64,000 nt of DNA, taken from assembly GCA_965223795.1 (NCBI GenBank), contig CBDCXL010000002.1:1088001-1152000 (forward strand), in the 5' to 3' direction. Source of the DNA: Nitrospinales bacterium. Its GTDB lineage: Bacteria; Nitrospinota; Nitrospinia; Nitrospinales; VA-1. Positions 51,243 to 61,636 of this stretch are shown in pieces (within the stretch, counting starts at the first letter, position 1; every line of letters begins with the position of its first letter). The notes under the pieces were generated by a model that worked only from the letters and a program-made list of their open reading frames with translations, did no database searches and had not been told where the DNA came from. A program made the position numbers and the translations under genes.

Positions 51243-51713
51243 TTTGTCTGCCTGGGGAACATCTGCCGCTCACCCATGGCGCAGGGGGTGTTCGAGAAAC
51301 TGGTGGCCGACAGCGGGCTGGCCGATAAGATCCAGATCAGCTCGGCGGGCACCGGCGACTGGCACGTGGGCTCGCCGCCGGATTCGAGGGCGCAGAGCAA
51401 GGCGCGCCAACACGGCATCGCGCTGACCTCGCGGGCGCAACAGTTCCGCGCCGGGGATTTTTCCAGTCAGGACCTGATCCTGGCGATGGACCAGAGCAAC
51501 CTGGATTCGTTGTTCCGCATCTGCCCCGACCCGCGGCTGGCCGAAAGGATGATGCTGTTCCGCTCGTTCGACCCGGACAGCAACGGCGATCTGGACGTGC
51601 CGGACCCCTACTACGGCGGCGCCAAGGGATTCGACACGGTGTTCCAGATCATCGAGCGCACCTGCCCGAAAATCCTCGAATACATCCAGGATCGCGCCGG
51701 GATCGCACCGTGA
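51228..51713 (+). CDS. Low-molecular-weight protein-tyrosine phosphatase
   Basis: VCLGNICRS P-loop, SAGT, ILAMD, DVPDPYYG. Confidence 0.95.
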   Translation: MFKVCFVCLGNICRSPMAQGVFEKLVADSGLADKIQISSAGTGDWHVGSPPDSRAQSKARQHGIALTSRAQQFRAGDFSSQDLILAMDQSNLDSLFRICPDPRLAERMMLFRSFDPDSNGDLDVPDPYYGGAKGFDTVFQIIERTCPKILEYIQDRAGIAP

Positions 51714-52588
51714 ACGAGGTGATCCGTGAACTGCTCGAGTCGGTTTACGGCGAACCGGTGGCAATCCGCTCCTCGCGCGCGGTGGGCGGCGGTTCCATCA
51801 ACCAGACGCAGATCCTCTCCCTCGCCAACGGCGAGCGGGTGTTTCTGAAATACAATTCCCACCCTCCCGAAAACATGTTCCCCGCCGAAATGCGCGGGCT
51901 GAACCTGCTGCGCAGCGCCGCTGATGGACCGCGCGTGCCCAGGCCGCTGGGGATGGAACCGGGTTCCCGCCCGCGCTATTTCCTGCTGGAATACGTCGAG
52001 GAAAGCAGCCCGGCGGACGGGTTCTACCCGCGGTTCGCCGAAGCGCTGGCCAACCTGCACCGCACGCACTGGGACCGGCACGGTCTCGACCACGACAACT
52101 TCATCGGCTCGACGGTGCAGGACAACACGCCGGAAGCGGACGCGATCGTGTTTTTCCGCGAGCGGCGGCTTGGCTTCCAGCAGGCGCTGGCGCGCAAATC
52201 CGGCCTGCTGCCCGCGGCGCTCGACAAGAACATCGACCGGCTGTGCGAGCGGCTGGCGGACTTTCTCGACGTGACGGACGAGAAGCCGTCGCTGTTGCAC
52301 GGCGATCTGTGGTCGGGCAATTATTTCGCCGCCGAGGGACAGACGCCCTGCCTGTTCGACCCGGCGGCACACTACGGCCTGCGCGAGGCGGACCTGGCGA
52401 TGACGGAGCTGTTCGGCAGCTTGCCAGAGGCCTTCTACAAGGCTTATGATGAGGTGTACCCGCTGAATCCCGGCTACCGGGAAAGGAAGGACCTGTACAA
52501 CCTGTACCACCTTCTCAATCATCTGAATCTTTTTGGAAACGCCTACCTCGGTTCGGTCGAGTCCGCCGTCCACCGTTACATCCGCTGA
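51710..52588 (+). CDS. Fructosamine kinase family protein
   Basis: GGGSIN, FLK, DNFIG, LLHGDLWSGN, FDPA, E.DLAM, HLNLFG. Confidence 0.93.
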   Translation: MNEVIRELLESVYGEPVAIRSSRAVGGGSINQTQILSLANGERVFLKYNSHPPENMFPAEMRGLNLLRSAADGPRVPRPLGMEPGSRPRYFLLEYVEESSPADGFYPRFAEALANLHRTHWDRHGLDHDNFIGSTVQDNTPEADAIVFFRERRLGFQQALARKSGLLPAALDKNIDRLCERLADFLDVTDEKPSLLHGDLWSGNYFAAEGQTPCLFDPAAHYGLREADLAMTELFGSLPEAFYKAYDEVYPLNPGYRERKDLYNLYHLLNHLNLFGNAYLGSVESAVHRYIR

Positions 52589-52610
52589 GCGTTTCCATGC
52601 CAGTGGAGGT

Positions 52611-55600
52611 ATGACCATGCGCTCTCTGTCCTTCGCCACGCGGCGTCGTTTTAACTCCTGCAAAATCCCGATCCTGTTTTTCACGCTCCTGATGCTTTTG
52701 CACGCGCCCGTACTGGACGCGGCCCCCGCCGAGTACGAAAAGATCAAGACCGAGGCGGAGAAACTCTACGCACAGGGTTCGTACTCGAAAGCGCACACGC
52801 TGTACGCACAGACCAACGCGCTCAAGCTCGATCTTGCCGAACGGCGCTGGGTGGATTTCAGAATCGCCGACACGCTGTGGCGCGGGCAGGCGGCGACGGA
52901 GACGGCGGACAGCTCGGCGTTCGACCGGGCGCGGCGGCAGCTCGATTTTCTCATCCGCGACATCCAGCGTGAAGAAGACAGGGACCGCGTGTGGGCGGAG
53001 GTGCAGGAGTCGCTGGGCGATTTCTGGTGGCTGCGCGCGGGCTCGAAAAACTGGGGCTCGGCCTGGCCGCATTACCAGAAGGCGCTCGACTGGTGGGCGG
53101 GGGCGAAGGACATCGAGCTTGCGCGCACGCGCTATCTCAATACGGTCTGGAACATCGCCAGCCCGCACTGGCGGGGATCGCGTTACCACTATGGCTATCT
53201 CCCTATAGCCATCGTTGAAAACGCACTGAAAATTTCGCGCTCCGATAAAGACCGTGTGCGGGCGCAGTATCTCCTTGCCCTGGCCCTGTGGCGAAGCGGT
53301 AAGATAAAAGACCGGAAGCGCATTTCAGAGGCGTTCGAGGCGGCGATCGCGGCGGGCAGGGCCTTCGAATGGTACGACGACGCGCTGTTTCAATACGCGG
53401 AGTGGCTTTCAAACCACGGCGAAATCGTCGTCATGAAAAACGGCCGGAAGCGGCAGGACGGAGACTTTGTGAAAGCGCTCGCAATGTACCGGCGCCTGAT
53501 CAAGGAATTTCAAAAGGGGGAAACGCGGCACTTCGACACGGCGCAGCGCAAGATCGAAAACATAACCAAGCCGGTTTTAAACTTTTATGTCCCCCATGTC
53601 TTCGTTCCCGGTTCTGAAGTCCAATTGAAACTTAACTGGCGCAATATCGCAGATGTGGGGTTCTCTCTCTATCCTGTGGACTTCACGCACGATGTGAGTT
53701 TCCAGAAAGATTCAAGCGCTTACAACTGGATTCACCAGATCAACCTGCGGCTCAAAAAAAAATATACCTCCTGGAGCGTGGACACGGAAGATAACGGTAA
53801 ACACAAGCCGGGAAGGAAGACCGTCGATTTCAAAAAGAAACTGCCGCCGGGCGCGTACATCCTGGAAGCGACGGGCGGCGGCGAGCGCGCACGGGATCTG
53901 ATTCTGATCACGGAAGCGGCGCTGGTGCTCAAAACCTCGAGCAGTCAGGCGCTGGTGTATTTCTGCGATGCGTTGAGCGGAGAGCCGATCGAAGACGCGC
54001 GCGTCGTGCTGTGGAAGCGCCATTACGAGGGCGGGAAATGGGTGTGGACCGATCACGCTGCCCAGACCGGAAAAGAAGGGCTCGCGCGTTTCGACCTGAA
54101 GGAAGCGCACGGAAAACAGACACACTATCAAGAAGAACTGTTCGCCGCCGCCCGCAACGGAAAACGGCAGGCGATGTCTCTTTCCAGCAACTTCTGGTTG
54201 CATCAGGAGCAGGCGGAATGGAAACTCTACGCCTTCACCGACCGCCCCGCCTACCGTCCGGGGGAGAAGGCTCAGTGGAAGCTGACCGCGCGCACCTATG
54301 ACGGCTCGGTGTACGCGACGCCCTCGGACGCCGAACTGGAGTACCGGATCACCGACCCAAAGGGCGCGAAGGTGGCGGAGGGCACGATCAAGCTCAACGC
54401 GTTCGGCAGCGCCTGGGACGAGCTGGCGCTCACCGAGTCGATGCCGCTGGGAACCTACCGCGTCACGTTCTGGACAGCAGGAAAGAAAAAGCACATCGGC
54501 GACGCTTCGCTGTTCGCGCTGGAGGAATACAAGCTGCCGGAATTTTCGGTGCGCGTGCAAACGCCTGAGGACGACGGCAAAAAGAAAGCGTTCCAGCTCG
54601 GCGATCGCATCGAGATCGACATTCATGCGGAATACTTTTTCGGCGGTCCGGTGGCCAACGCCAATGTGGAGGTGTTTTTATACCAGCGCCCGTTTTATCC
54701 CGTGTGGCGGCCCAAAAAGGAATATCCCTGGTTTTACGATGACCGCACGCCGCGCTATTGGGGCGGCAAGGGGCAGCAGATGCAGCGGCAGGTCCTCAAA
54801 ACCGGTCCGCAGGGCAAGGCTCGCTTCATGTTCGACACCCGGCATGGCGGCCAGGACCTGGAATACACCATCGAGGCCCGCGTGACCGACGCGTCGCGCC
54901 GGGAGATCACCGGCAGCGGCACGGTGCGCGTGACGAAGCAGAAGTACTACGTGTACCTCAATCCAAAGCACAGGATCTACCGGCCGCAGGACAAGCTGGA
55001 AACGGACATCAAGTCGCTGGACGCGAACGATCAGCCGGTTTCCGCGGCGGGTGAAATCCGCGTGACGCGGGATTTCTGGTTCGAAATCTGGATCGATCCG
55101 GAAGGGCGTGAAGTGCAGGGCGAGCAGCTCAAGGCGGCGCGCAAAGCGAATACCGTGTTTCCGCCGCCGCCTCCGGTGCCGGGCGGCCCCGGCTGGCGGC
55201 TGAAGTTCCGCGGCTACCAGCACGATGAAATCCTCAAGCAACGGATCGAAACGAACGCGGAAGGAGAGGCGCGATTCACCTTCACGCCCGAGCGGGAGGG
55301 CTATTACCGCATCGCGTTTCAGAACATAGAGGAAACCGGTGTTCCCATAAAAGCGGAAACCACGGTGTGGGTCGCCACCGGCAACACGGCGCATCTGGGC
55401 ATGCGGCCGGGCGGGCTTGAGATCATCGTCGACAAGGACACGTTCAACGCCGGGCAGAAAGCCCCGGTCATGCTGGTGGCGCCGGCGAGCGGACGCCACG
55501 TTCTGTTCAGCGTCGAAGGCGACGACCTGTACAATTATCAACTGGTTCATTTGACCGGAACGGCAAAACTCATCGAACTGGACATCGAGGAAAAACACGT

Positions 55601-58562
55601 TCCCAATATTTTTCTGAGCGCCGTCATGGTGAGCGACCGGCAGATCTTCCGGGACACGGAACAGGTGGTGGTGCCGCCGGTGCAAAATTTTCTCAACGTC
55701 GCGGTGAGCGCGGACCGGGATCACTACCAGCCGCGCGAGGAAGGCACGTTCACAATCACGACCACCGATCACCGGGGAAAACCGGTGCCGGCGGAAGTGG
55801 CGCTGGGTGTGGTGGACGCTTCGGTGTATTCCATTCAAAAGGACTTCGCCGCCGACCCGCGGCAGTTCTTTTTCGGGAAAAAACGCATTCAGCGCCCGCA
55901 GACGGGGAGCACTTTCAATTTTAAATCCTACATCCAACTCGTGCAGGACAGTGAAGGGCGGTTGATCGACACCAAGCGAGCGGAAAGCAAGGAAAGAAAC
56001 GATGCCTATGGTCAGAAACGGGCCCAGGCTGGGGGCGGCTTTCGCCAGGAAGGGAATGTGGCCGCAGCGCCGAAATCAAGCCAATCCTTTGCGTTCGAGG
56101 AACAAAGGATGTCGCCGCCGCCTCCTGCGAAGTCGGCTGAATTTGCCGATGACGCGTTCCTGGAGGAGGAAGCCGCCGTGCAGGTGCGCTCGGATTTCCG
56201 CTCGACCGCGTTCTGGCGGCCCGATCTGGTGACCGACACCAACGGCAGGGGCAAGGTCACAGTGAAATTCCCCGACTCGCTCACGCAGTGGAAGGCCACG
56301 GCGCGGGCGGCTTCGCGCGGCAGCCGGTTCGGCATCGGCTTAAACGATACGCGCACGCGCAAGCCTTTGACCGTGCGCCTGCAGGCGCCGCGGTTTTTCG
56401 TCGCCGGCGACAGCCTGACGCTGTCGGCGCTGATCAACAACAACACGGAAACACCGATGACCGTGCGCCCGGAGCTGAACGCCGAGGGGATCAGCGTGTC
56501 GGCGCGCTTGCAGGACGGCCGCAAGGTGAGCAAAAACGCCGCGGTTGAAATCGCCGCGAAGGGGGAGCAGCGGGTGGACTGGTACGTGTCAGCGCAACGG
56601 CCGGGCGAGGCGCGCATCCGCGTCACCGCCGCCGGGAAAACGCATGCGGACGCGATGGAGAAAACTTATCGAGTGCACGAACACGGCGTGGAAAAGCTGA
56701 TCGCCAAATCGGGCAAGATGACAGGCAGCGATCTCACGGTGGCGCTGGACATCCCCAGGGAGCGCAAGGTCAAATCCACCGAGTTCACGATTCAGGCGGC
56801 GCCCAGCATCGCGGTGACCCTGCTGGACGCGCTGCCCTACCTGATCGATTTTCCCTACGGCTGCACGGAGCAGACGATGAGCCGCTTTCTGCCGGCGGTG
56901 ATCACGGCGAAGACGCTGACGGACCTGGGCCTGCGGCGCGAGGCGATCGGCGCGCGGATCTTCCGCGGCGGCATCAATCCGGAAACCGCGAAGAAAACCC
57001 ACACCAAGGGCAGGAAGGATCTGAAAGACCTCGACGCCATGATCGGGAAGGGGCTGGACCGGTTGTACGATTTCCAGCACGCGGACGGCGGCTGGGGCTG
57101 GTGGAAGAAGGGCGACAGCGATGCGTTCATGACCGCCTACGTTCTGTGGGGGCTCACGCTGGCGCAGGGCGCGGAGGTGAAGGTGGATGCGGGCGTGTTG
57201 TCGCGGGCGGCGCGTTTTCTCGACAAGCAACTGGTCGAAGCGGAAACCCGGCTCGATCTGCAGGCCTTTCTGCTGCACGCGCTGTCGGCGCGGCACGCAG
57301 CGGTGAAAACGCAGCGCATCGGCAAGTTTCAGGCGAAAGCGCTTGAAAACCTGTGGTCGAAACGCACGCGGCTCAACGCCTATGCGCGCGCGCTGCTGGC
57401 GCTCAGCGCCCACCACTACGGCGACAACAAAAAGGCGCGCGTCCTGATCGAGAACCTGGAAAACGGTGTGGTGCTCGACCAGACGCCGGATCGCTCGGCG
57501 ATCCAGCGGGGCAAAAAGAAAGTGCAGCCGTGGATCCTGAAAACCGCCCATTGGGGCGAGGACGGAATTTTCCGGCGCTGGTCCGAGGGCGGCGTGGAAG
57601 CGACGGCATTCGCCCTGTCGGCGCTGGTCACGATCGACCCGAAGCATCCGCTGGTGGAACCGGCGATGAACTGGCTGGTAAAAAACCGCAGGGGCGCGCA
57701 CTGGAGCAACACGCGCGACACGGCGATCGTGGTGCTCGCACTCAACGGCTACCTGCGCGCCACGGGGGAGCTGAGCCAGAAGATGGTGTACGAGCTGTTC
57801 GTGAACGGGACGTCGCTGGGCAAGACGCGCATCGACGATGTGCTTGCGGCGCCGACACAGTACCGCATCGACCGCAAGCTGGTTGAGGACGGCACGAACC
57901 AGATCCGCATCCTGCGGCACGAAGGGGACGGCCCGATCTATTTTTCCATGCAGGCCCGGTTTTTCAGTCTGGAGGAGCCGGTGCTCGCCGCGGGAAACGA
58001 GATTTTCGTGCAACGCCGCTACTACCAGCTTGCGGGCAGGCCGACGCTGCTCAAAGGCTATGTGTTTGAAAAAATCCTGCTCAAGGAAGGGGATCGAGTC
58101 GAAAGCGGCACCCGCATCGAAACGGTGGTGACGATCGAGACGAAGAACAATCACGAATACCTCATCGTCGAGGATCTCAAACCGGCGGGCTTCGAGGCGG
58201 TTCAGGTGCGCAGCGGCGAAGCGCTGTACGCGCGCGAGCTGAAATCCTCGGCGGTGGAGCGGAAGTTCAAGGCGTCTCCGGCTTCGTTCCCGGGAGCGGT
58301 CACCGTGCCGGTGCCGGGAGGCGGCGAGGACCACACCGGGCGAACGCGCTGGGTGCACCAGGAACTGCGCGACCGCAAGACGGCGCTGTTCATCGACAAG
58401 CTGCCGCAGGGGGTGTGGGAGGTCCGCTACGAGCTGCGGGCGGAGGTGCCGGGCGATTTTCACGCGCTGCCCGTTCTCGGACACGCGATGTACATTCCCG
58501 AGATCCGTGCCAACGGGAAGGAAATCCGCATTTCCGTTGTGGAGCGCGGAGAAGACGGGTAA
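52611..58562 (+). CDS. Bacterial alpha-2-macroglobulin family protein
   Basis: FTDRPAYRPG, EEYKLPEF, VRSDF, PDSLTQW, thioester motif PYGCTEQ, DGGWGWW, STRDT-like. Start is 52611 or 52617. Confidence 0.93.
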   Translation: MTMRSLSFATRRRFNSCKIPILFFTLLMLLHAPVLDAAPAEYEKIKTEAEKLYAQGSYSKAHTLYAQTNALKLDLAERRWVDFRIADTLWRGQAATETADSSAFDRARRQLDFLIRDIQREEDRDRVWAEVQESLGDFWWLRAGSKNWGSAWPHYQKALDWWAGAKDIELARTRYLNTVWNIASPHWRGSRYHYGYLPIAIVENALKISRSDKDRVRAQYLLALALWRSGKIKDRKRISEAFEAAIAAGRAFEWYDDALFQYAEWLSNHGEIVVMKNGRKRQDGDFVKALAMYRRLIKEFQKGETRHFDTAQRKIENITKPVLNFYVPHVFVPGSEVQLKLNWRNIADVGFSLYPVDFTHDVSFQKDSSAYNWIHQINLRLKKKYTSWSVDTEDNGKHKPGRKTVDFKKKLPPGAYILEATGGGERARDLILITEAALVLKTSSSQALVYFCDALSGEPIEDARVVLWKRHYEGGKWVWTDHAAQTGKEGLARFDLKEAHGKQTHYQEELFAAARNGKRQAMSLSSNFWLHQEQAEWKLYAFTDRPAYRPGEKAQWKLTARTYDGSVYATPSDAELEYRITDPKGAKVAEGTIKLNAFGSAWDELALTESMPLGTYRVTFWTAGKKKHIGDASLFALEEYKLPEFSVRVQTPEDDGKKKAFQLGDRIEIDIHAEYFFGGPVANANVEVFLYQRPFYPVWRPKKEYPWFYDDRTPRYWGGKGQQMQRQVLKTGPQGKARFMFDTRHGGQDLEYTIEARVTDASRREITGSGTVRVTKQKYYVYLNPKHRIYRPQDKLETDIKSLDANDQPVSAAGEIRVTRDFWFEIWIDPEGREVQGEQLKAARKANTVFPPPPPVPGGPGWRLKFRGYQHDEILKQRIETNAEGEARFTFTPEREGYYRIAFQNIEETGVPIKAETTVWVATGNTAHLGMRPGGLEIIVDKDTFNAGQKAPVMLVAPASGRHVLFSVEGDDLYNYQLVHLTGTAKLIELDIEEKHVPNIFLSAVMVSDRQIFRDTEQVVVPPVQNFLNVAVSADRDHYQPREEGTFTITTTDHRGKPVPAEVALGVVDASVYSIQKDFAADPRQFFFGKKRIQRPQTGSTFNFKSYIQLVQDSEGRLIDTKRAESKERNDAYGQKRAQAGGGFRQEGNVAAAPKSSQSFAFEEQRMSPPPPAKSAEFADDAFLEEEAAVQVRSDFRSTAFWRPDLVTDTNGRGKVTVKFPDSLTQWKATARAASRGSRFGIGLNDTRTRKPLTVRLQAPRFFVAGDSLTLSALINNNTETPMTVRPELNAEGISVSARLQDGRKVSKNAAVEIAAKGEQRVDWYVSAQRPGEARIRVTAAGKTHADAMEKTYRVHEHGVEKLIAKSGKMTGSDLTVALDIPRERKVKSTEFTIQAAPSIAVTLLDALPYLIDFPYGCTEQTMSRFLPAVITAKTLTDLGLRREAIGARIFRGGINPETAKKTHTKGRKDLKDLDAMIGKGLDRLYDFQHADGGWGWWKKGDSDAFMTAYVLWGLTLAQGAEVKVDAGVLSRAARFLDKQLVEAETRLDLQAFLLHALSARHAAVKTQRIGKFQAKALENLWSKRTRLNAYARALLALSAHHYGDNKKARVLIENLENGVVLDQTPDRSAIQRGKKKVQPWILKTAHWGEDGIFRRWSEGGVEATAFALSALVTIDPKHPLVEPAMNWLVKNRRGAHWSNTRDTAIVVLALNGYLRATGELSQKMVYELFVNGTSLGKTRIDDVLAAPTQYRIDRKLVEDGTNQIRILRHEGDGPIYFSMQARFFSLEEPVLAAGNEIFVQRRYYQLAGRPTLLKGYVFEKILLKEGDRVESGTRIETVVTIETKNNHEYLIVEDLKPAGFEAVQVRSGEALYARELKSSAVERKFKASPASFPGAVTVPVPGGGEDHTGRTRWVHQELRDRKTALFIDKLPQGVWEVRYELRAEVPGDFHALPVLGHAMYIPEIRANGKEIRISVVERGEDG

Positions 58563-58590
58563 AAAAAAACGCCCCCTTGCGGGGGCGTTC
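58562..58590. terminator. Intrinsic terminator between convergent genes
   Basis: A-run followed by an AACGCCCCC-ttgc-GGGGGCGTT hairpin. Confidence 0.7.
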
Positions 58591-58677
58591 GCTAACGAGA
58601 AGGATTACGGCTTTATGGATTTAAGATGTCCCTGAAGCCGCGAAGGATTCATTTTTTTGCACGGCCGGGCCGGTTTT

Positions 58678-59439
58678 CTAGAAGCCGCCGCCGATCTTTT
58701 TGATGAAGGTCGCCAGTTCCTTGTGCACCGGCCCGTCCCAGTTGTTCTTCTCCCGCGACAGGGTCGCCAGAACGGATCGCCCGGTGCTCATTTCCAGCCC
58801 GTCGGCGATGCTCACCAGGATGCGGGTGCCGTAGCGCTCCACCAGGCCGTGTTCCTCGGCGGCGCGGAATACCAGATCCGGCCCGACGATCATGGACCAG
58901 GTCTGGATGGCGGCCACCTGTTTGGCTTCGCGGAACGGCAAGGATTCCACCGCTTCCATGTAGGTTTCCGCGTCGATCTGGCCGGATTCGTATTTTTCTA
59001 TCAGGGTGGTGAGGTTTTCTTCTTTGGACTGGATGTTCTGGTAAATGTAGTCGAATATTTTCCCCTCGAATTTTTTCAACGCTTCCAGATTCCAGGGACA
59101 GATGAAATTTTCGCTCCCGGTCCGCCCCGCCTTGACGTTTTCCACCTGAATCTTGCCGATGCATTCGAGGCAGCGCTCCCCCGCATCATGGGTGAAATTG
59201 CCGCCGCAGGTGCAGTCGGACACCACGCTTTGCAGGGCCAGGGCCAGGGCTTCGCCCTTGATGTTGAGCACCTGGCGCAGGGTCGCCCGCACCGGGTCCC
59301 TGCGGGAAATCGGGCGCCACTGGGTGCAGGAGTTGCAATACAGTTTGTATGCGGACTGACCTTCTTCCGGCTCGATCACCGGGGAGTAGGTCTCGTTGCA
59401 AAGAACACAAACGATCTCTTTGGAAAATGTGTCTGCCAT
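58678..59439 (-). CDS. Hypothetical protein with Cys-rich (zinc-ribbon-like) N-terminus
   Basis: CVLC, CNSC, CTC and CLEC motifs. Confidence 0.7.
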   Translation of the reverse strand: MADTFSKEIVCVLCNETYSPVIEPEEGQSAYKLYCNSCTQWRPISRRDPVRATLRQVLNIKGEALALALQSVVSDCTCGGNFTHDAGERCLECIGKIQVENVKAGRTGSENFICPWNLEALKKFEGKIFDYIYQNIQSKEENLTTLIEKYESGQIDAETYMEAVESLPFREAKQVAAIQTWSMIVGPDLVFRAAEEHGLVERYGTRILVSIADGLEMSTGRSVLATLSREKNNWDGPVHKELATFIKKIGGGF

Positions 59440-59510
59440 GTTCGGCTCCAATCTAGCTTGCTGTGCATCCGCCCGCAACGTACCTGGTGACCGGGACGGA
59501 AAGGTTCTCC

Positions 59511-59545
59511 AAAAAAAATAACCCATGGCCGAAACCATGGGTTAT
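59511..59545 (-). terminator. Intrinsic terminator of the por operon
   Basis: Perfect 11-bp stem ATAACCCATGG/CCATGGGTTAT with a T-run on the minus strand. Confidence 0.8.
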
Positions 59546-59574
59546 CTGTTTGATTCGAAGATAAGTCTTGGAAT

Positions 59575-59856
59575 CTAGCCTGCGTATGCCTGGCCGAGAC
59601 CGGCGGCTTCTTTTTCCTTTTCGCCAAGCTGAATCTTACCGGTCGTCGGGTCCACCGGGTGCATGGAGATGGCATTGTGGGTGCTGCAGACCACTTTGCA
59701 CAAATCGCAACCCTTACATCGATGTGTCACGACTTCGGCTTTCATTTTTTGCTCGTTCAACATGATCGTGTCCGCTTCCGGGCAGTACATGATGCAAAGT
59801 CGGCAGCCTTTCTCGGCGATACATTTGTCGTCATCCACAAACGCTACGTTATACAC
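59575..59856 (-). CDS. porE: 2-oxoacid (pyruvate):ferredoxin oxidoreductase epsilon subunit (4Fe-4S)
   Basis: CIAEKGCRLCIMYCP and CKGCDLCKVVC; GGAG RBS and GTG start. Confidence 0.8.
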   Translation of the reverse strand: MYNVAFVDDDKCIAEKGCRLCIMYCPEADTIMLNEQKMKAEVVTHRCKGCDLCKVVCSTHNAISMHPVDPTTGKIQLGEKEKEAAGLGQAYAG

Positions 59857-59934
59857 TTAAGCTCTCCTTGGGTTGAGAATTTTTAGAGACTGCCGAACCG
59901 GACCACAGGCCAGAATGCCATCTGGCAAACGGTG

Positions 59935-60633
59935 TCAAACTGTGGCACCAATGCCAGCCAGAGCCGGCTGGGCTTTTTCCGCCCAGGCCGCGGCCAATTC
60001 GTAAGACTTCTCGATCGTCTGCATGTTCTTTTTGAGCAGCATCTCTTTCTTGGCGTATTTCTTTTTGATCGCCTCGTCCAAAGATGCGGTTCCGCCGGAA
60101 GCGACGTATCTCTTTCCGAAGCGGTCCTGCAGCGCGCCGTCCAGCGCCTTCAGGGAAACGATCTCGGTCACGCCCGCGCAGGCCCCGATCATCGCCATGT
60201 TCGTGGAAAGCTCGGTGCCGCCGATCTCAAGCGCCTGCTTGGTGGCGTCGTGGTTGAACACCGCGACGTTGAGATCCGCCAGACGCTTGTGATCCTCTTC
60301 GGTGAGAAGATCGCCGCTGGTGTTGATGATAACGAGCCCGTTTTCCTTGATGCCGGAATAGAACGGAGCGGTGTAGCTTTTCTGCATGGTGATGACCTGA
60401 GGATGAAACACCATGATCACATCCGGGTACACCAGTTCCCCTCGGTCGTAAATCTTTTCGACACCAATGCGGGCGTAGCTTTCAGCAGGCGCCATGCGTT
60501 TCTCGGCGCCAAAGAACGGGTTGGAAATGGAATACTTTCCATCCTTGTTTGCCGCCATGGCAAGAATATGAGCCGCGGTGACGGCTCCCTGGCCACCGAG
60601 GCCCGAAATACGGATATTCATCCTCTTAAACAT
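59935..60633 (-). CDS. porG: Pyruvate:ferredoxin oxidoreductase gamma subunit
   Basis: IRISGLGGQG, PFFGAEKR, TNMAMIGA. Confidence 0.88.
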   Translation of the reverse strand: MFKRMNIRISGLGGQGAVTAAHILAMAANKDGKYSISNPFFGAEKRMAPAESYARIGVEKIYDRGELVYPDVIMVFHPQVITMQKSYTAPFYSGIKENGLVIINTSGDLLTEEDHKRLADLNVAVFNHDATKQALEIGGTELSTNMAMIGACAGVTEIVSLKALDGALQDRFGKRYVASGGTASLDEAIKKKYAKKEMLLKKNMQTIEKSYELAAAWAEKAQPALAGIGATV

Positions 60634-60651
60634 ATCGTGTGTTCTCCTCGA

Positions 60652-61563
60652 TTATTTGGTGGCAGGCTTTTTGCCTTTGGCCTTAGCGGCTTTCTTCTTG
60701 GCTTTCTCTTCGGCGTCGATGCGGGCCAGAAGTTCCTTGGCCTCGTCGGTGACGAATTCTTTCATCACGAACCGTCCTCCGATGGACTCCGCGTCCTTCA
60801 TTTCATCCAGACCTTCCATGCTCTGCTTGCCGATTTCCAGGATGCAGGGCGTGTACAGCTGAATGTAGGTCGGACCCAGCTCCCTCGCCACGTAAATGGC
60901 GTTCTTGACCGCTTTTTCGACGCGGTTGGGTTTGCTCACGGTGAGCAGGGCGACGTAATGACAGCCTGCTTCGCGGGCGATCTCCGGCAGCCGGACTTTT
61001 TCAAACTGCTTGCCGACGGGAGCCATTTTGGAAACGAAGCCTTTCTGCATCAGTCCGCTTTCCTGTCCGCCGGTGTTGGCGTACAGCTCGTTGTCGTAAC
61101 AGATCGTGGTGAACCGCTCCTGCCGGAACCAGGACTGCATGGTCATGTCCAGGCCGATGTCCACGGTGGCGCCGTCTCCCGCCAGAACCACGACGTCTTT
61201 CTGCCGGTCGGGGAAGCGGGATTTCAGCGTGCGCCACAACCCGGAGGCGATGGCGTTCTGGTTGCCAAACAGGGAATGGATGTTCTGCACGGCAACGTGC
61301 GGGAACACCAGGCTGGTGCAACCTGTGGAACCGACGAACACGGTGTCCTCGGGAGCCGGCAGGCTCGCCAGGATGTAGCGGAACGCGATGGACTCCGGAC
61401 ATCCGGCGCACAGGGAATGCTGCTCGATCAGTTCTTTGGACGAACCGATGTCTTTCCAGCCGCGGCCCTCTTTGCCGTAAGTGGCGGTCTCCACCAACTC
61501 CTGATACTCCGGCGGCATGATGTCCGCCAGATCATCACAGATTTTGATTTTTTCCTTACTCAT
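60652..61563 (-). CDS. porB: Pyruvate:ferredoxin oxidoreductase beta subunit
   Basis: LCAGC, TGC, TPP motif GDG...DNELYANTGGQ, YTPC. Confidence 0.88.
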   Translation of the reverse strand: MSKEKIKICDDLADIMPPEYQELVETATYGKEGRGWKDIGSSKELIEQHSLCAGCPESIAFRYILASLPAPEDTVFVGSTGCTSLVFPHVAVQNIHSLFGNQNAIASGLWRTLKSRFPDRQKDVVVLAGDGATVDIGLDMTMQSWFRQERFTTICYDNELYANTGGQESGLMQKGFVSKMAPVGKQFEKVRLPEIAREAGCHYVALLTVSKPNRVEKAVKNAIYVARELGPTYIQLYTPCILEIGKQSMEGLDEMKDAESIGGRFVMKEFVTDEAKELLARIDAEEKAKKKAAKAKGKKPATK

Positions 61564-61636
61564 GTTTTTCCTCTATCGGTTATTTCCCGGTTGGGAAATG
61601 TTTGTATTGACTTCAAACCAAATCGGCTTCGACGGC

